64,000 nt of DNA, taken from contig OX597820.1 of assembly GCA_951406725.2 (NCBI GenBank), positions 79,670,001 to 79,734,000 on the forward strand, given 5' to 3'. The stretch is from Octopus vulgaris (lineage: Eukaryota). How positions within the stretch are numbered: the stretch's first letter is position 1; every line of letters starts with the position of its first letter. Shown here in pieces: positions 13,018 to 29,253 of the stretch. The notes beneath the pieces are model-generated. The model was not told where the DNA came from, did not search any database, and saw only the letters and a program-made list of their open reading frames with translations. Made by a program: the position numbers and the translations under genes.

Positions 13018-13145
13018 ACACACACACACACACAGACATATCCGACTGGCTTCCACATAGTTTCCGCGTCCCAAATTCTCTCACAAGGCATCGATCGACC
13101 CGGAAGTTTAGTTGAAGATACTTGCTCAAGATGCCACGCAGTATG
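12690..13145 (-). mobile_element. Diverged SINE family B with (CA)n core
   Basis: Reverse-complement tail GTTTCAGT..GACTGCGGCCATGCTGG and body GCCGAACCGCTA. Confidence 0.7.
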
Positions 13146-13179
13146 TTGATTTGTAATTTGCATTCTATGTGTTGTAAAG

Positions 13180-14195
13180 GCAATTAGATGGCAGAAGCGG
13201 TAGAGCGTCGAATTAAGTGCGCAGCGGCATCTCTTCCGATTCGTTATTTTCTTAGTTCAAGTTCCATCGAGGTCATCTTTGTCTTTCATATTCTTTTCTA
13301 CTCTAAGCACAAGATCCTAAATTTTGGGGGAGGAGTCCAGTCGATTAGATCGATCCCAGTACGCAACTGGTACTCAATTTATCGACCCTGAAAAGATGAA
13401 AGGTAAAGACAGACGAGATGCCGCCAAGCATTTCGCTCGGCATGCTAACGATTCTTATTTCTTTATTGCCCACAAGGGGCTAAACATAAAGGGGACGAAC
13501 AAAGACAGACAAACGGATTAAGTCGATTACATCGACCCCAGTGTGTAGCTGGTACTTAATTTATCGACCCCGAAAGGATCAAAAGCAAAGTCAACCTCGG
13601 CGGAATTTGAACTCAGAACGTAGCGGCAGACGAAATACCTATTTCTTTACTACCCACAAGGGGCTAAAAACAGAGAGGACAAACATGGACAGACAAACGG
13701 ATTAAGTCGATTATACCGACCCCAGTGCGTAACTCGTACTTATTTAAATAAACCCCGAAAGGATGAAAGGCAAAGTCGACCTCGGCGGAATTTGAACTCA
13801 GAACATAACGGCTGACGAGATACGGCTACGCATTTCGCCCGGCGTGCTAACGTTTCTGCCAGCTCGCCGCCTTTCATATTTTCAGGGTTGATGGAATAAA
13901 GCATCAGTCAAGAGCTGGGATTGATGTAATCGATTCTGCCTCTCCTCTAAAATTGCGAGCCTTGTGCCAAGATTTGAAAGAATTACGTTTAGGCGGCCGT
14001 CGGACAAATTTTCCTGAGAGTGTTTCTTCCGACATTACGTTCTGAGTTCAAATTATGCCGAGGCCAACTTCACTTTTCATCGTTTCAGGGTCGATAAAAT
14101 AAAGTACTAGTCAAGTACTGAGGTTGACAGAATTGATTATCCCCCACCCCTCAAATTTTGTGGCTGATGCTAAAGTTAGAAACCATTTGAAATCA
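13180..14195. mobile_element. Nested SINE family A cluster: minus-strand multimer (~13293-13872) inside plus-strand copies
   Basis: A plus-strand copy is split at CTTTCATATT (13285-13293 and about 13871-13880) around reverse-complement units. Confidence 0.8.
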
Positions 14196-14198
14196 GTA

Positions 14199-14356
14199 GG
14201 CGTAGGAGTGGCTGCTTCCGGATTCATTCCCATTGCGTGGAACCTTGGGCAAGTGTTTTCTACTATAGCCACGGGCCGACCAAAGTCTTGTGAGTGGATT
14301 TGGTAGATGGAAACTGAAAGAAGCCCGTCGTATGTATGTATGTATGTATATGTATG

Positions 14357-14403
<47 letters not shown>

Positions 14404-14412
14404 ATGTGTATG

Positions 14413-14444
<32 letters not shown>

Positions 14445-14650
14445 TGTGTGTATATGTGTGTTTGTCTGTCCCTCCAACAACCAATGGTGGTGTGTTTACG
14501 TCTCTGTAGCGTAACGATTCGATAAAAAAGACCGATAGAATAAGTACTAAGCTTACAAAAAAAAAAGTCCTGTGGTCTATTTGTTCGACTAAAGGCGGTG
14601 CTCCAGCATGGCCGCAATCAAATGACTGAAACAAATAAAAGAATAAAAGA
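14199..14650 (+). mobile_element. SINE family B
   Basis: Head, TATG/TA core and tail as at 5980. Confidence 0.88.
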
Positions 14651-15039
14651 ATATGCGTTATTGTTGTTGTCGGCTTTATGCAACTACGACCATCACGCCT
14701 TTTGGACTCCATCATCCAACATGCCCTTCCATTTTTAAGAAAGTAGGGTATAATTTGAGTAAAGAGAAAAATAACTAGTTTTAAATCTCTGAGCGAGAGA
14801 TAAGCAGTAACAGTACCGAACAGTAAAGTTTATTTCCCAACTAAATGTAGCAGACCTACACAGGACGATGTTACTGTTGTTTTAGCCCCAGGAAAACAGC
14901 TTTTTCTGGGGCTAAAACATCGTCCTGTGTAGGTCTGCCACATTTTGTTGGCAAATAATCTTTGCAATTTGAGTAAGATTTCGCCATTTCTAGCAAGTTG
15001 ATTGACAACTTCGGGTCTCTTTGGCTTGTAGAACAACGA

Positions 15040-15462
15040 TTTCACATTTTGGTACAAGGCGGGAAATTTGAGGAGGAAGAGGCTAAGTCAATTACATCGA
15101 CCCCAGTAGTCAACTGGTACTTATTTTATCAACATTGAAAGGATGAAAGACAAAGTCGATTTCGGCAGCACTTGAACTCAGAATGTAAAGCCGGAAGAAA
15201 TGCCGCTAAGCATTTTTTTCGGTGTGTTAACGATTCCGCCAGCTAGTCTCCTTCGTTAGCTCCTAAAATAATCTTTGAAATTGGGTGGGAGGGGGCATGT
15301 CGGTTACATTAGCGCCAGTGCTCAACTGGCCCTTTTGAAACCTGAAAGGAGGAATGATAAAGTCGACCTCGGCAGAATTTGAACTTAGAATGTAACGAGT
15401 CAGAAGAAATGCTGTTAAGAATCTTGTCTAATGCGCTATCGATTCTGCCAGCTCACCGCCTT
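15040..15462 (-). mobile_element. Two SINE family A copies
   Basis: AAGTCGACCTCGGCAGAATTTGAAC..TTCTGCCAGCTCACCGCC. Confidence 0.75.
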
Positions 15463-15709
15463 CGTAGACCCATAAAATAATTAATTAGTTTTATGCAAAA
15501 CTACCACGAAGGAAAGTAAGCTTACTTCCAGTTTATGCCATGAAATGACAGCTTTTTTGGCATTCTCAATAAATCGTTGTGGTATCTCATTTGTTAAAAT
15601 TGAATTTTTGTCTCTGGGAATCGACAGTTTTCACTGAGCAGTTGTATTTATGTCAGGTTATGTTATGCTGGCGATTTCGAAAAAGAAAGAAATGGTGCTA
15701 CACGTCTTT

Positions 15710-16012
15710 TATCTTTTATTTTTTACTTGTTTCAGTCATTAGACTTCAGCCATGCTGGAACATTACCTTGAAGAATTTATAGTCGAATGAATCGGCCCTA
15801 GTACTTTCTACCCTTCCCTTCTGCCGAACCGCTAAGTTACGGAGACGTAAACACACCACCACCAGCTATCATGCAGTGGTAGTGGTGGTGGTGGTGGTGC
15901 GAGACAAACACAGATACATAGTCACGCACACATTCATATACAGATTGCATATGACTGGCTTCTTTCAGTTTCCGTCTGCCAGATCCACTCACAAGGCTTT
16001 TATCGGCCTGAG
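15710..16012 (-). mobile_element. SINE family B, partial
   Basis: Reverse-complement tail and body. Confidence 0.75.
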
Positions 16013-16019
16013 ACCACGA

Positions 16020-16340
16020 GGTTCATCCCCTACTATTCTCTGATTAGCGGCTTGCAGTATTCTATTTCAGCTCCAGCTATCCTTTCTCTTTGCTCATATT
16101 CACGTTAAGCTCTTTTCAGCTCTCTCAGGCAGGCGTTTTATCATCGCTGTACTATTGCAACCTTTGATTCTAAGATGACCTAGCAGTTGGTACATTTGCT
16201 CATCTTACATTGGTATTGTTCATCCATTCGACTCTCATAAGGGTCTGTCAGTTCGACCAAGATAATTCTGGCCCCCGGTGCCCACCATAGTTTCAAACAT
16301 CGTACGTCCATAAGAAATAGTACCGTTAACTTGCCTTTCA
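16020..16340 (-). mobile_element. RLE-bearing non-LTR (HERO/NeSL-like) endonuclease fragment
   Basis: Minus-strand ARIILVELTDPYESRMDEQY resembles the IILVELTVPWE motif. Confidence 0.5.
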
Positions 16341-17010
16341 ATGGTTATATACATTGAGTATGATACAAAGATAGCTATTTTAATCTAATGCTACTTCTGT
16401 TTCATATAACAGAAAGAACTGTATCTTTGACTATCAGCCAGCATATTAGGCCTGTTTTGAATGTTTGGCAACACAGAAACAGAGAATAATAACAAAATAC
16501 CCGATGTACAAAACGGGTATGGATACGGGTAAAACACAAAGGATGAAAAACGAAAGATTATATGAAATGAAAATGGATTTGGTTGGTTTGTATGCCAGCA
16601 TTTCAAAATTTAAAGTTTATCGAAAAGTTTAAAATTTGGCACAATAATATACTTTTCCAAGCTGAATTGCTAGAGTTATTTCACTTTTTCCAGAAAAATG
16701 TTTTTATAAAGTTATACAGGTTTAAAGTTTGATCCATTTTCACCCAGTCAAAAAACAGGATTTGGAAGCTGTCATTTTGTGCGTGACTGCGCATTTTGTC
16801 GTCAGCATCCTGAAAATAGCACGTGTTGTCAATATTTGTAAACAACACGTGTTTTGTAGTTTGAAACATTCAATATGCTTTCAATGCGACAGCACAAACT
16901 TAAAAAAGATTTATTTAAAATACGTTATTTAACTGTTATTTTTAGCACACCTCAATGACAAAAAGAAACGAGTAAACAAGTAGTTTTAAGCATTCAATAT
17001 GCATTTAACT

Positions 17011-17349
17011 TGGAGGCACAATGGCCCAGTGGTTAGAGTAGCTGACTCGCAGTCGTAGGATCGCGGTTTCGATTCCCAGACCGAGCGCTGTGAGTGTTTA
17101 TTGAGCAAAAACATCTAAAGCTCCACGAGGCACCGGCAGGGGGTGGTGGCGAACCCTGCTGTACTCTTTCACCACAACTTTCTCTCACTCTTTCTTTCTG
17201 TTTCTGTTACGCTGAATCTCCCCGTGAACTGCGTTAAGGGTACACGTGTCTGTGGAGTGCTCAGCCACTTGCACGTCAATTTCACGAGCAGGCTGTTCCG
17301 TTGATCGGATCAACTGGAACCCTCATCATCGTAACCGATGGAGTGCCAC
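17011..17349 (+). mobile_element. SINE family C, near full length
   Basis: TGGAGGCACAATGGCCCAGTGGTTAG (A box), GGTTTCGATTCCC (B box); matches 28300-28670. Confidence 0.88.
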
Positions 17350-17521
17350 GAATACATTTAATGCAAATGCGATGAACACATTAAAATTTTTCAAAGTGTA
17401 GTCCACATCACGAGCAGTTGTTACTATGAGGCAGCGGACATTTTCCAATGCAGTCCATAGAAAGGACAGAGTTGAAGATCAAATTGTAAGAAGTTGTGTA
17501 GAGGGGATGCACAGACATGTA

Positions 17522-17683
17522 GGTGCAGGAGTGGCTGTGTGGTAAGTAGCTTGCTTACCAACCACATGGTTCCGGGTTCAGTCCCACTGCGTGGCACCTT
17601 GGGCAAGTGTCTTCTACTATAGCCTCGGGCCGACCAAAGCCTTATGAGTGGATTTGGTAGACGGAAACTGAAAGAAGCCCGTC

Positions 17684-17751
<68 letters not shown>

Positions 17752-17968
17752 TTGTGTGTCTGTGTTTGTCCCCCTAGCATTGCTTGACAACCGATGCGGG
17801 TGTGTTTATGTCCCCGTCACTTAGCGGTTCGGCAAAAGAGACCGATAGAATAAGTACTGGGCTTACAAAAGAATAAGTCCCGGGGTCGAGTTGCTCCATT
17901 AAAGGCGGTGCTCCAGCAAGGCCGCAGTCAAATGACTGAAACAAGTAGAAGAGTAAAAGAGTAAAAGA
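17522..17968 (+). mobile_element. SINE family B, young copy
   Basis: Near-identical to 5980-6716 outside the microsatellite. Confidence 0.9.
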
Positions 17969-18056
17969 GACATTATTTGAAAGAATGTAGGTTGAACGGA
18001 CTCGTAAAAACTTCGGTGGAATCTAGACATACTTGGTTGTAGAGCTAATTACTTCC

Positions 18057-18281
18057 GAACTGGCAGAAACGTTAGCACGCCGGGCGAAATGCGTAGCTGT
18101 ATTTCGTCTGTCGTCACGTTCCGAGTTCAAATTCCGCCGAGGTCGACTTTGCCTTTCATCCTTTCGGGGTCGATAAATTAAGTACCAGTTACACACTGGG
18201 GTCGATATAATCGACTTAATCCGTTTGTCTGACCTTGTTTGTCCCGTCTGTGTTTAGCCCCTTGTGGGTAGTAAAGAAATA
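18057..18281 (+). mobile_element. SINE family A with Tx1-like tail
   Basis: Ends TGTGTTTAGCCCCTTGTGGGTAGTAAAGAAATA. Confidence 0.88.
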
Positions 18282-18964
18282 TAATTACTTCAATACTAGC
18301 CTGGAGAAGCTGGCGAGTTACACAAAACCAAGAAAGACACGGCTAATTAAGAAAGTACAATTTCAAGTAATTAATTATTTTTTTTTTATCTGTCATTCGC
18401 AGCGAGTATGAATTAGTTGGTACATACAACTCTTTTGTAAACTGCATAAAGTGTCTATGCGGTCGTAGAGAAGGAAGTGGAGAGAGAGACAGTTGCACAC
18501 GCACTTATCTATCTCTCTATCTATCTATCTGTCCTCCCTCTCTCTCTGTCTCCCTGTCGCTCTCGCTCTCTCTCTCTCTCTCACACACATATCTACGAAG
18601 ACGAGCCAACGAAACTTGCATGGGGGCCGTATACCAATTACATCGACATACACACCCACACATATACACCGCATTAATTGGAGCTCGTTAATAAATCACC
18701 AGAAACGTCCTGACCTCAAACAAAGAAGCCTTGGTATTTAGTGAATGGCCTAAATTTTGTTAAGAAATAAAATAAATCTTAAAACACACACACACGCGCA
18801 TATATAGATAGTGAGATGCTTAGATAAATACATACCTATACAGACACACATATACATATTTTTTAAATACAGGATAATTCACATTGACATATAACGGTTT
18901 ATTTTTTATTTCGTTACAATTTTGGTTTAAAGATTTTCGATAATATTGCCACTGTTTTCTGTGA

Positions 18965-19572
18965 AGATATAAGTTCGAAAAAAAAAATTCCTGTCGTGTT
19001 TCAGGATGAGAAAGAAACAAACTCTTCTTTGGTCTTGATTGATAAATTTAGTCAAGATAATATTGTTCCTCATTATCTTTATATATAAAACTGTAGTTAT
19101 GTGAGTGTCTGTCCCCTTCGATTTAGATTCCTAACTACTCCCACATTTTGCGGTGCAGTTTAACCAAAACCGGGTATCTTATAGTCGTGATTCATATCAA
19201 GCCCTTCTGGGTATTAGCGCGCGTCTACGATGAGTCTACGATTTTAAAAATAATTTACCATAATTTTTTTCCATTTTAACGCATATTTTTTTAAATATAA
19301 GGGAAGTAACTCTCTAAAAATGTCTACGATGAGTCAACGATTAAAAACAAATTTACTATAATTTTTTTCCATTTTTAATGCATTTTTTTGCTATTTTTTG
19401 GCTATAACTCTCTAAAAATGCTTATATAGTTATTTCCCTTACAAATCCGAGAAACGCCGGGCGATACTGCTAGTTGATAATATAATCCTGTCTATTCGGC
19501 AAATTGTTTATCCCGCAGGCGTAAAAATTCCTCAGATTTCGAAGTAAATAAACCTTCAATATTATTTTATAC
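18965..19572 (-). mobile_element. Old mariner 3' fragment interrupted by a Helitron
   Basis: Colinear with 32237-32435 on both sides of the insertion. Confidence 0.65.
19076..19473 (+). mobile_element. Non-autonomous Helitron (398 bp)
   Basis: 5' TC, subterminal GC-rich hairpin-like CCGAGAAACGCCGGG, 3' CTAG, inserted between A and T with no TSD. Confidence 0.85.
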
Positions 19573-20274
19573 CGATGAAGATGCATATGTAAAAATTAAA
19601 CACACGTACGCACAAACACCTAAATATTAAAGAATTATGTTCATACAGAACATAAGTGCCGGTACACACACCAACTCGACCACAGACCTACAGACCCCGG
19701 GAAATGTCTTATCTCACTCAATAAGTCACTTTGTTAGCGATCAGGCTAAAGTTTATGAAGAAAAACTTAAATAAATCTCAATGAAAATACACACCCACAC
19801 GAGTTTTATATCGAAAGTAGAGCAAAAGTGGGCACATTTTTATTAATTAACAATCATCATTAAAATTAGACATGTTGGACAAGATAACTCTTTCTCTATA
19901 GAAAGGTATCTTTCAACGTAGTCTTCTGTACATTTGATGAACTTATTGAACCCATCTCCCGAATCTTCTTTGAAAAAATTAAGTGTGAACTGTTGAATCC
20001 ATTTCTTCACAACCAAGTGCACTTAGTAGTAGGGGCGAACTGAAAGTATTAAGGGCCCTCGAATGTGTGTTTTAGTAGAGTTAACATGTAAAGTGCGGGT
20101 CCCTCAGAGCTACGGACCCTTGGGCAGTGTCCGATTGACCGACAGCGTTTGATGCGAATTACTGGTTTCGGTTTATTTGCTAGAATTTCGCTGTGACCTA
20201 CACTGGTGACTGTAGACATCCTTAGCCCCTTTTGCAGCCCCACAAAATAATGGTTAGCATAATTTTTTCTGCGG

Positions 20275-21016
20275 AAGGTTGGGTCACTTCTTTCTCGCTG
20301 GCGATTCCGATTTTTATTCCATACTTTTCATTTTGTATTCTGGTTCAAAGTGATAGATCCAGGTCTCTTCTGTGGCTATTTTCTAAAACAAAAAAACAAA
20401 AAACATAAAAAAAAAACAAAAAAAAAAAAAAACAAAAAAAAACATTTGGTCTTTATCGTTGTAGCTTTCGAGTAAGCGTTGACAGATCTTCGCACGATTT
20501 CCCTTATGCGCTTCCGTAATCTCTCTTGGCATCCATCACGCACAGACTTTACGGAAGCGAAGCTCGTCGTGGATACTTTCGTATACAGAACCATGTCTAA
20601 TTTGCAGAAAATATGCAACCTCATCGATGGTCACTCGTTGGTTCGCCCAAACCATCTCTCCATCTTGTTCAATCTTCATGTCAGTGATGGAGGGTAAAGG
20701 GCATTCTGCGCCCTCTTCTGTTTCACGCTTGTCCGACCATTTTTTTCAAACTTCTTAGTCTATTCATATACTCTTCTATGCGGCAGAGCGCTGTTCCCGT
20801 ATGTACTGAAAGTCCACGATAAATTTTAGCCCCAAACACATCTTTGGACCAGAGAAATCGGATCATTGATCTCTGTTCTTCCTTGGTGCACAAAAATGGA
20901 AACTGGAGCGATGAAGATCAAAACTCCGATTACGTTACCACACGACCGCTGAAGGCAGTGGAGCTAACCTAAAGACAGTTTTAGCTAAAATACGGAAAAT
21001 TTTTGACTTCCTCTCG
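20275..21016 (-). mobile_element. Mariner relic (N-terminal HTH transposase region plus left end)
   Basis: YGNSALPHRRVYE..KNGRTSVK and frameshifted RKVCA-W-PRE (WVPxEL-like) motifs. Confidence 0.75.
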
Positions 21017-21299
21017 CACATACATACATACATACATACATACATACATACATACATACATACATCCATCCATCCATCCATCCATCCATCCATCCATCCA
21101 TCCATCCATCCATCCATCCATCCATCCATCCATCCATCCATCCATCCATCCACAGAGGCAGTCTGCTCTTGTTTAACGCTTGACTAATTCTTGTTAGATA
21201 TGTTTTCTCTGTGCATGAGCACTTAAGTGGGTTTGGAGTCCCGAAAACTGTTTGAAATTTGCATAAAGAAACAGTGCAAATTTGTCTCACCTCAAGTGG

Positions 21300-21980
21300 C
21301 CAAGTATCGTATGTCGTCTGATTTATAGATATCTAAACGCCTTTTTAAAAAAAAGACGGAACTTACATATTTTATGACAAATATGGAACATGAACGCGTC
21401 CGATGGAATATTTGTGGCACTTGGGCCATCTGCATGAAGATCAGTTCTGATATGTGAAGATAAGCCAATATTGGAATCTTACTACGCATTGAACAACAGA
21501 AAGATGATATTATTTCTGTATTTAGCAAGGTATTATTTTCCTGTTTTTGTCTCTATTTTTGTATAGTTTTGTTTCTTTCTTTAAAACCATTTACCCCAGA
21601 CCTTATCTTATTATCGGAAGTAATAGATTCAAAATCTTTGTATGAAACATTCAACTTCTCAAGACTGGCTTTTAACGAAGATTTATACGGTTGGCTTTGA
21701 TTTACAGTGTTTTCGCTTCCCAGCAGAATAGCTCACCATTAAAAAACCTACTTAGGGATGCGCTCGTCCCCTGTCCGTGCTAAATGGCTAGCTAACCTCC
21801 GATGACTGGAATTTAGTATAGCATGAATTGATGAGCAACCCGCGCTCTCTAAAACTTCTCCATTTGGTGTAAACAATTCCAAGCTAATCCTGAGAATTTG
21901 ATGAAGACAATTTTTCTGAAGAAGTGTCTTCTAAGAATTTTATGTGTTGGTTGTAAACAGTCCATGTTTCTGCCAGTTAA
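21300..21980 (-). mobile_element. Decayed RTE LINE C-terminal fragment
   Basis: SHLARTGDERIPK and terminal zinc-finger-like IGLSSHIR / HICHKICK. Confidence 0.6.
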
Positions 21981-21999
21981 AAAAGAAGGAAGCTTAGTT

Positions 22000-22566
22000 T
22001 TGGGTTGTCCGGAAAGTTCGAGCCGATTTATAGTAGCTTACCTTTCGACTTATTTTAGAACATGGTTGAGTCCATAAAATAGGATTTGACTACACCTCCA
22101 ATTTAGAGCACAGTTTAAGCTATCTTTTCGTGGAAGAAGGTTTATGTTCCTATAACCTGTGTTAATTCTGTAACCCTTTAAAATGGAAGATAAGCAAGTT
22201 CATTTTCGGCACTTGATGCTTTGGGAACCAGACAAAAATTGCTGCAGCTCGGCTGGGATGTGTTACCCCACCCTCCATATTCACCAGATATTGCTCCTTC
22301 GGATTTCCACTTATTCAGGTCTCTGCAGAATAGTCTTAATGGTAAAAAATTCAATTCCTTGGATGACGTAAAAAGATACCTTGATGAATTCTTTGCCATG
22401 AAACCACATCGATTCTGGGAAGAGGGTATATTCAAGTTAAAGGAAAGATGGAGACGCATTGTGCAAGAAACTGGTCCATATTTGGTTGATTAAAAATGTA
22501 ATGGCAAGTATTTATTGACCTTTTTCCTTCCTTTAAATATCGGCACGAACTTTCCTGACAACCCAA
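22000..22566 (+). mobile_element. Internally deleted mariner element with both TIRs
   Basis: TIRs TTGGGTTGTCCGGAAAGTTCG / CGAACTTTCCTGACAACCCAA followed by TA. N-terminal MEDKQVHFRH is fused to LPHPPYSPDIAPSDFHLFRSL. Confidence 0.93.
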
Positions 22567-22619
22567 TACATATGCACGATAAACCAAATGAAAAAAAAAC
22601 CCAAAAAAACTTGCAGAGG

Positions 22620-22733
22620 CACCAGCGTAGCTGTGTTTGCTTCCCAACCACATGGTGCCAGGTTCAATCCCTTCCGGCCGCATCAAAGCCTTGTGAGTGG
22701 GTTTGGTAGATGGAGACTGAAAGAAGCCTATCG

Positions 22734-22765
<32 letters not shown>

Positions 22766-23012
22766 TGTATGTATGTATGTATGTATGTATGTATGTGTAT
22801 GTGTATGTGTATCTTTGTGCCTGTGTATGTCCTCCACCACCGCTTGACAACCGGTGTTGGTGTACTGACGTTCCCGTAACTTAGCGCTTCGGCAAAAGAG
22901 AGCGATAGAGTAAGTACCAGGTTCAAAGGAATAAATACTGGGATCGATTCGTTGGACAAAAATTCAAAGTGGTGCCCCAGCATGGCCGCAGTCTAATGAC
23001 TGAAACACGAAA
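22620..23012 (+). mobile_element. SINE family B with (TATG)n core
   Basis: Body and tail match family B. Confidence 0.8.
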
Positions 23013-23027
23013 AGGCCTCCCAAAACA

Positions 23028-23314
23028 CATACATACATACATACATACATACATGCATGCATACATACATACATACATACATACATACATACATACATAC
23101 ATACATACATACATACATACATACATACATACATACATACATACATACATACATACATACATACATACATACATACATACATACATACATACATACATAC
23201 ATACATACATACATACATGCATGCATACATACATGCATACATATATACATACATACATACATACATACATACATACATACATACATACATACATACATAC
23301 ATACATACACATAC
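23028..23314. repeat. (ATAC)n microsatellite
   Basis: Directly visible. Confidence 0.97.
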
Positions 23315-23530
23315 GTCAGAAACTGCATAGATACATGTATCCGTATCTATGTGCTATTATCTAAATTCCTTTTACGAATTGATTCACTTTCGAAAACGAA
23401 AATCAGAAACTAGAACCAGATATACCTGCATGTATGTCTCTATACATACAAATTAATCAAAGACACACACACACCAGGTGGAATGTATTCTGATTACAGG
23501 AGTGCAAATACATCACCACATACACCCACG

Positions 23531-25953
<2,423 letters not shown>

Positions 25954-27271
25954 TTTAACCTGGTTGCCTGAGATATACCAACACATTATACTCACATATA
26001 TCTACGTATTAAATGGAACTTACACATTCATGAAGCTCTAGAAATATCTTTGTATAAACAAAGAAGCTATCGTATTTAATGACTGGCTCAAATTCTTCTA
26101 AGAGGTTTAAGAATTCTAAAAGAAAACATATGCATACCTATGTTCATACACGCATGTATGGACTTAGACATACATACAAAAGTACAAGTGTTTGCATTCA
26201 TGTATACGAGCTTCAAATATGTACATGCACGAATGTATACGCATGAAAATGCATACATGCCTTGTCTTAAAGACAATATATTTGAGATTAGCATCGAGTT
26301 TTGGGCTTGGTGAATAATCAGTGCTTGTTCTGCTACACACACACACACATGCAAACATGAACGATAAATTCAATGTTGTTAGTCTAGAGTTCATAATGAC
26401 TACACTGTAGAAAAGAAAGATCAACACATCGCTGTTTTCCTGATACACAAATAAATATGGAGATTATCCTCACACGCTTCATAGATACTTGACCTCTCGT
26501 TTCATATCAGCTAGCTTCTGGTTGCTATCTGATTTAAATAGCAATTAAAATGCCATTTTCGGGAGCAAGGAAGCATTAAAAGTGTCATTTAAATAAAACA
26601 CTATCTATATATGTATTCGCGCGCGTTTTATTACGAACATATGACACACACACACACACACCCACACACACGCACACATATACATGTATATATACATGTA
26701 TATATAAATGTGTGTGTGTGTGTTTGTGTGTGAGTGTGTGTGTATGTGGCTGTGTTATCATATTTGCTAATATATACTTGATGTGTGTGTGTATATATAT
26801 ATATATACACATATATATGTATCTATAGTATATATATATGTGCGTGTATGTATGTATATATATATATATGTATATATAACATGTATTATACATGATATAC
26901 ATATTGTATGCACATATACATACACACGTATCCATATGCATATACATTGCATACAAATATTTTTACATGTATATACATGTGTGTGTGTGTGTGTGTGTGT
27001 ATGTGTGTGTAAGTGTGTGAGTGTATATACTGCGAGATTTGTAGAAATTAAATGACTTATTAATTGCAGGTTTTTATGTTGTGTCATTATTTCATATCAA
27101 ACTAAAACCGTATGGATTTTCCATCGTCATACAATGTCAATCGGCGAATTTTCTAGGTTTCTCTGATGAAAGGAACATTTTTATCCTCCATTGATAATTT
27201 GGATTTCAAGACCTCAGAAAATAATGTCTTACAATATACATTTTCATGTAATTCCCATTCTCAACATATAT

Positions 27272-27534
27272 TCTTTTATTCTTTCATTTGTTTCAGTCAT
27301 TTGACTGCGGCCATGCTGGGGCATCGCCTTTAGTCGAAGAAATCGACCCCAGGACTTATTCTTCGTAAGCCTAGTACTTATTCTATCAGTCTCTTTTGCG
27401 AAACGTTATGTTACAGGGACGTAAACACACCAGCATCGGTTGCCAAGCGATGTTGTGTGTGTGGGGGGACAAACACACACACACATACATACACACATAC
27501 ATACACACACATACATACATACATACATACATAC

Positions 27535-27614
<80 letters not shown>

Positions 27615-27770
27615 ATACATACGACGGGCTTCTTTCAGTTTCCGTCTACCAAATCCACTCACAAAGCTTTGGTCTACTTTATAGTAGAAGACAGTTGCCC
27701 AAGGTGCCACGCAGTGGGACTGAACCCGGAACCATGTGGTTAGTAAGCAAGCTACTCACTCCACAGCCAA
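27272..27770 (-). mobile_element. SINE family B with TACA/TCTA core
   Basis: Reverse complement of family B. Confidence 0.88.
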
Positions 27771-28299
27771 TATGTCCACATATACACACAGATACACCTA
27801 CATCCATATATATATATACTCACAGGAGTATTAATTTTGTTGAAATACCTGTTCTTCAATTGTATACATGAAATATGGTCTTTTGTGACAGAAACAGCTG
27901 TCTGGTTCAATTAAATAAATTGTCCATATTAGCATCAAAGCCGGTTCCATTTATTTCAAAGGCTCTCAAAGTAGGCGCTACAGCCCCCGGTGGGCGTTGA
28001 GACGGTCCAGGTGGGCGCTGATGCCTAATGGGGTGACGGAGTGGCGGGCGATAGAGAAAAAGGAGGCGTTGGGAGGAAAGCAGTGAACTGGGGGATGCTA
28101 TGATTTTATTATAATATCATTATAGTATTGTATACAAATTATATAATATCATATTAAATATCAAATGACTCATAGTGTATACAGGTGCCACGCAGTGGGA
28201 CTGAACCCGGAACTCACTACACAGCTACACCTGCGTCTTTACATAAAATAACACATAAAATAGAAACAATTTTTACGTATACATGTTTTATTCCGTATG

Positions 28300-28672
28300 T
28301 GGAGGCGCAATGGCCCAGTGGTTAGGGCAGCGGACTCGCGGTTTCGATTCCCAGACCGGGCGTTGTGAGTGTTTATTGAGCGAAAACACCTAAAAGCTCC
28401 ACGACGCTCCGGCAGGGGATGGTGGTGATCCCTGCTGTACTCTTTCACCACAACTTTCTCTCATTCTTACTTCCTGTTTCTGTTGTACCTGTATTTCAAG
28501 GGGCCGGCCTTGTCACTCTCTGCGTCACGCTGAATATCCCCGAGAACTACGTTAAGGGTGCACGTGTCTGTGGAGTGCTCAGCCACTTACACGTTAATTT
28601 CACGTGCAGGCTGTTCCGTTGATTCGGATCAACCGGAACCCTCATCGTCGTAACCGACGGAGTGCTTCCATC
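28300..28672 (+). mobile_element. SINE family C, full length
   Basis: Matches 17011-17349. Confidence 0.88.
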
Positions 28673-28949
28673 CATTATTCCGTATGATCTCTGAAGCAGG
28701 CAACATTCCTTGTTCAATTCAGTGTTCTCGTGAAAAGCCATGCTTCGTCCCGAAAACGAGCGCGACACGGAACGCAACACGGAACGCAACAAGAGATGAA
28801 AATTAATGCCAGTTTCAGGACCAAGAATGGTATATTCAGGAATTTTATCCTAGCATTTCGCAGACCAACTTTGAATGGCATTTCTTGAGACATCTTCTAT
28901 TAGGCTGGTGCATAATTATTGCGGCTTTTTTTCAATAAATTTCGACCCT

Positions 28950-29253
28950 ATACATACATACATACATACATACACAAACACACACAGATACATACATACA
29001 CACACATGCATACTCACATACATACATAGATACACAGACATAGATACATACATACATACATACATACATACATACATACACACATACATACATACATACA
29101 TACATACATACATACATACATACATACATACATACATACATACATACATACATACATACATACATACATACATACATACATACATACATACATACATACA
29201 TACATACATACATACATACATACATGCATACATACATACATACATGCATACAC
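28950..29253. repeat. (TACA)n microsatellite
   Basis: Directly visible. Confidence 0.97.

Noticed and set aside
21367-21450. Minus-strand exon with a GTAAGT donor
   Set aside because: Lies within the zinc-finger-like tail of a decayed RTE element.
22221-22493. SETMAR-like host gene
   Set aside because: Bounded by mariner TIRs and internally deleted, so it is a transposon relic.
27160-27180. CTGATGA as a hammerhead or snoRNA box
   Set aside because: No pairing stems, and the paralog at ~43095 reads GTGATGA.
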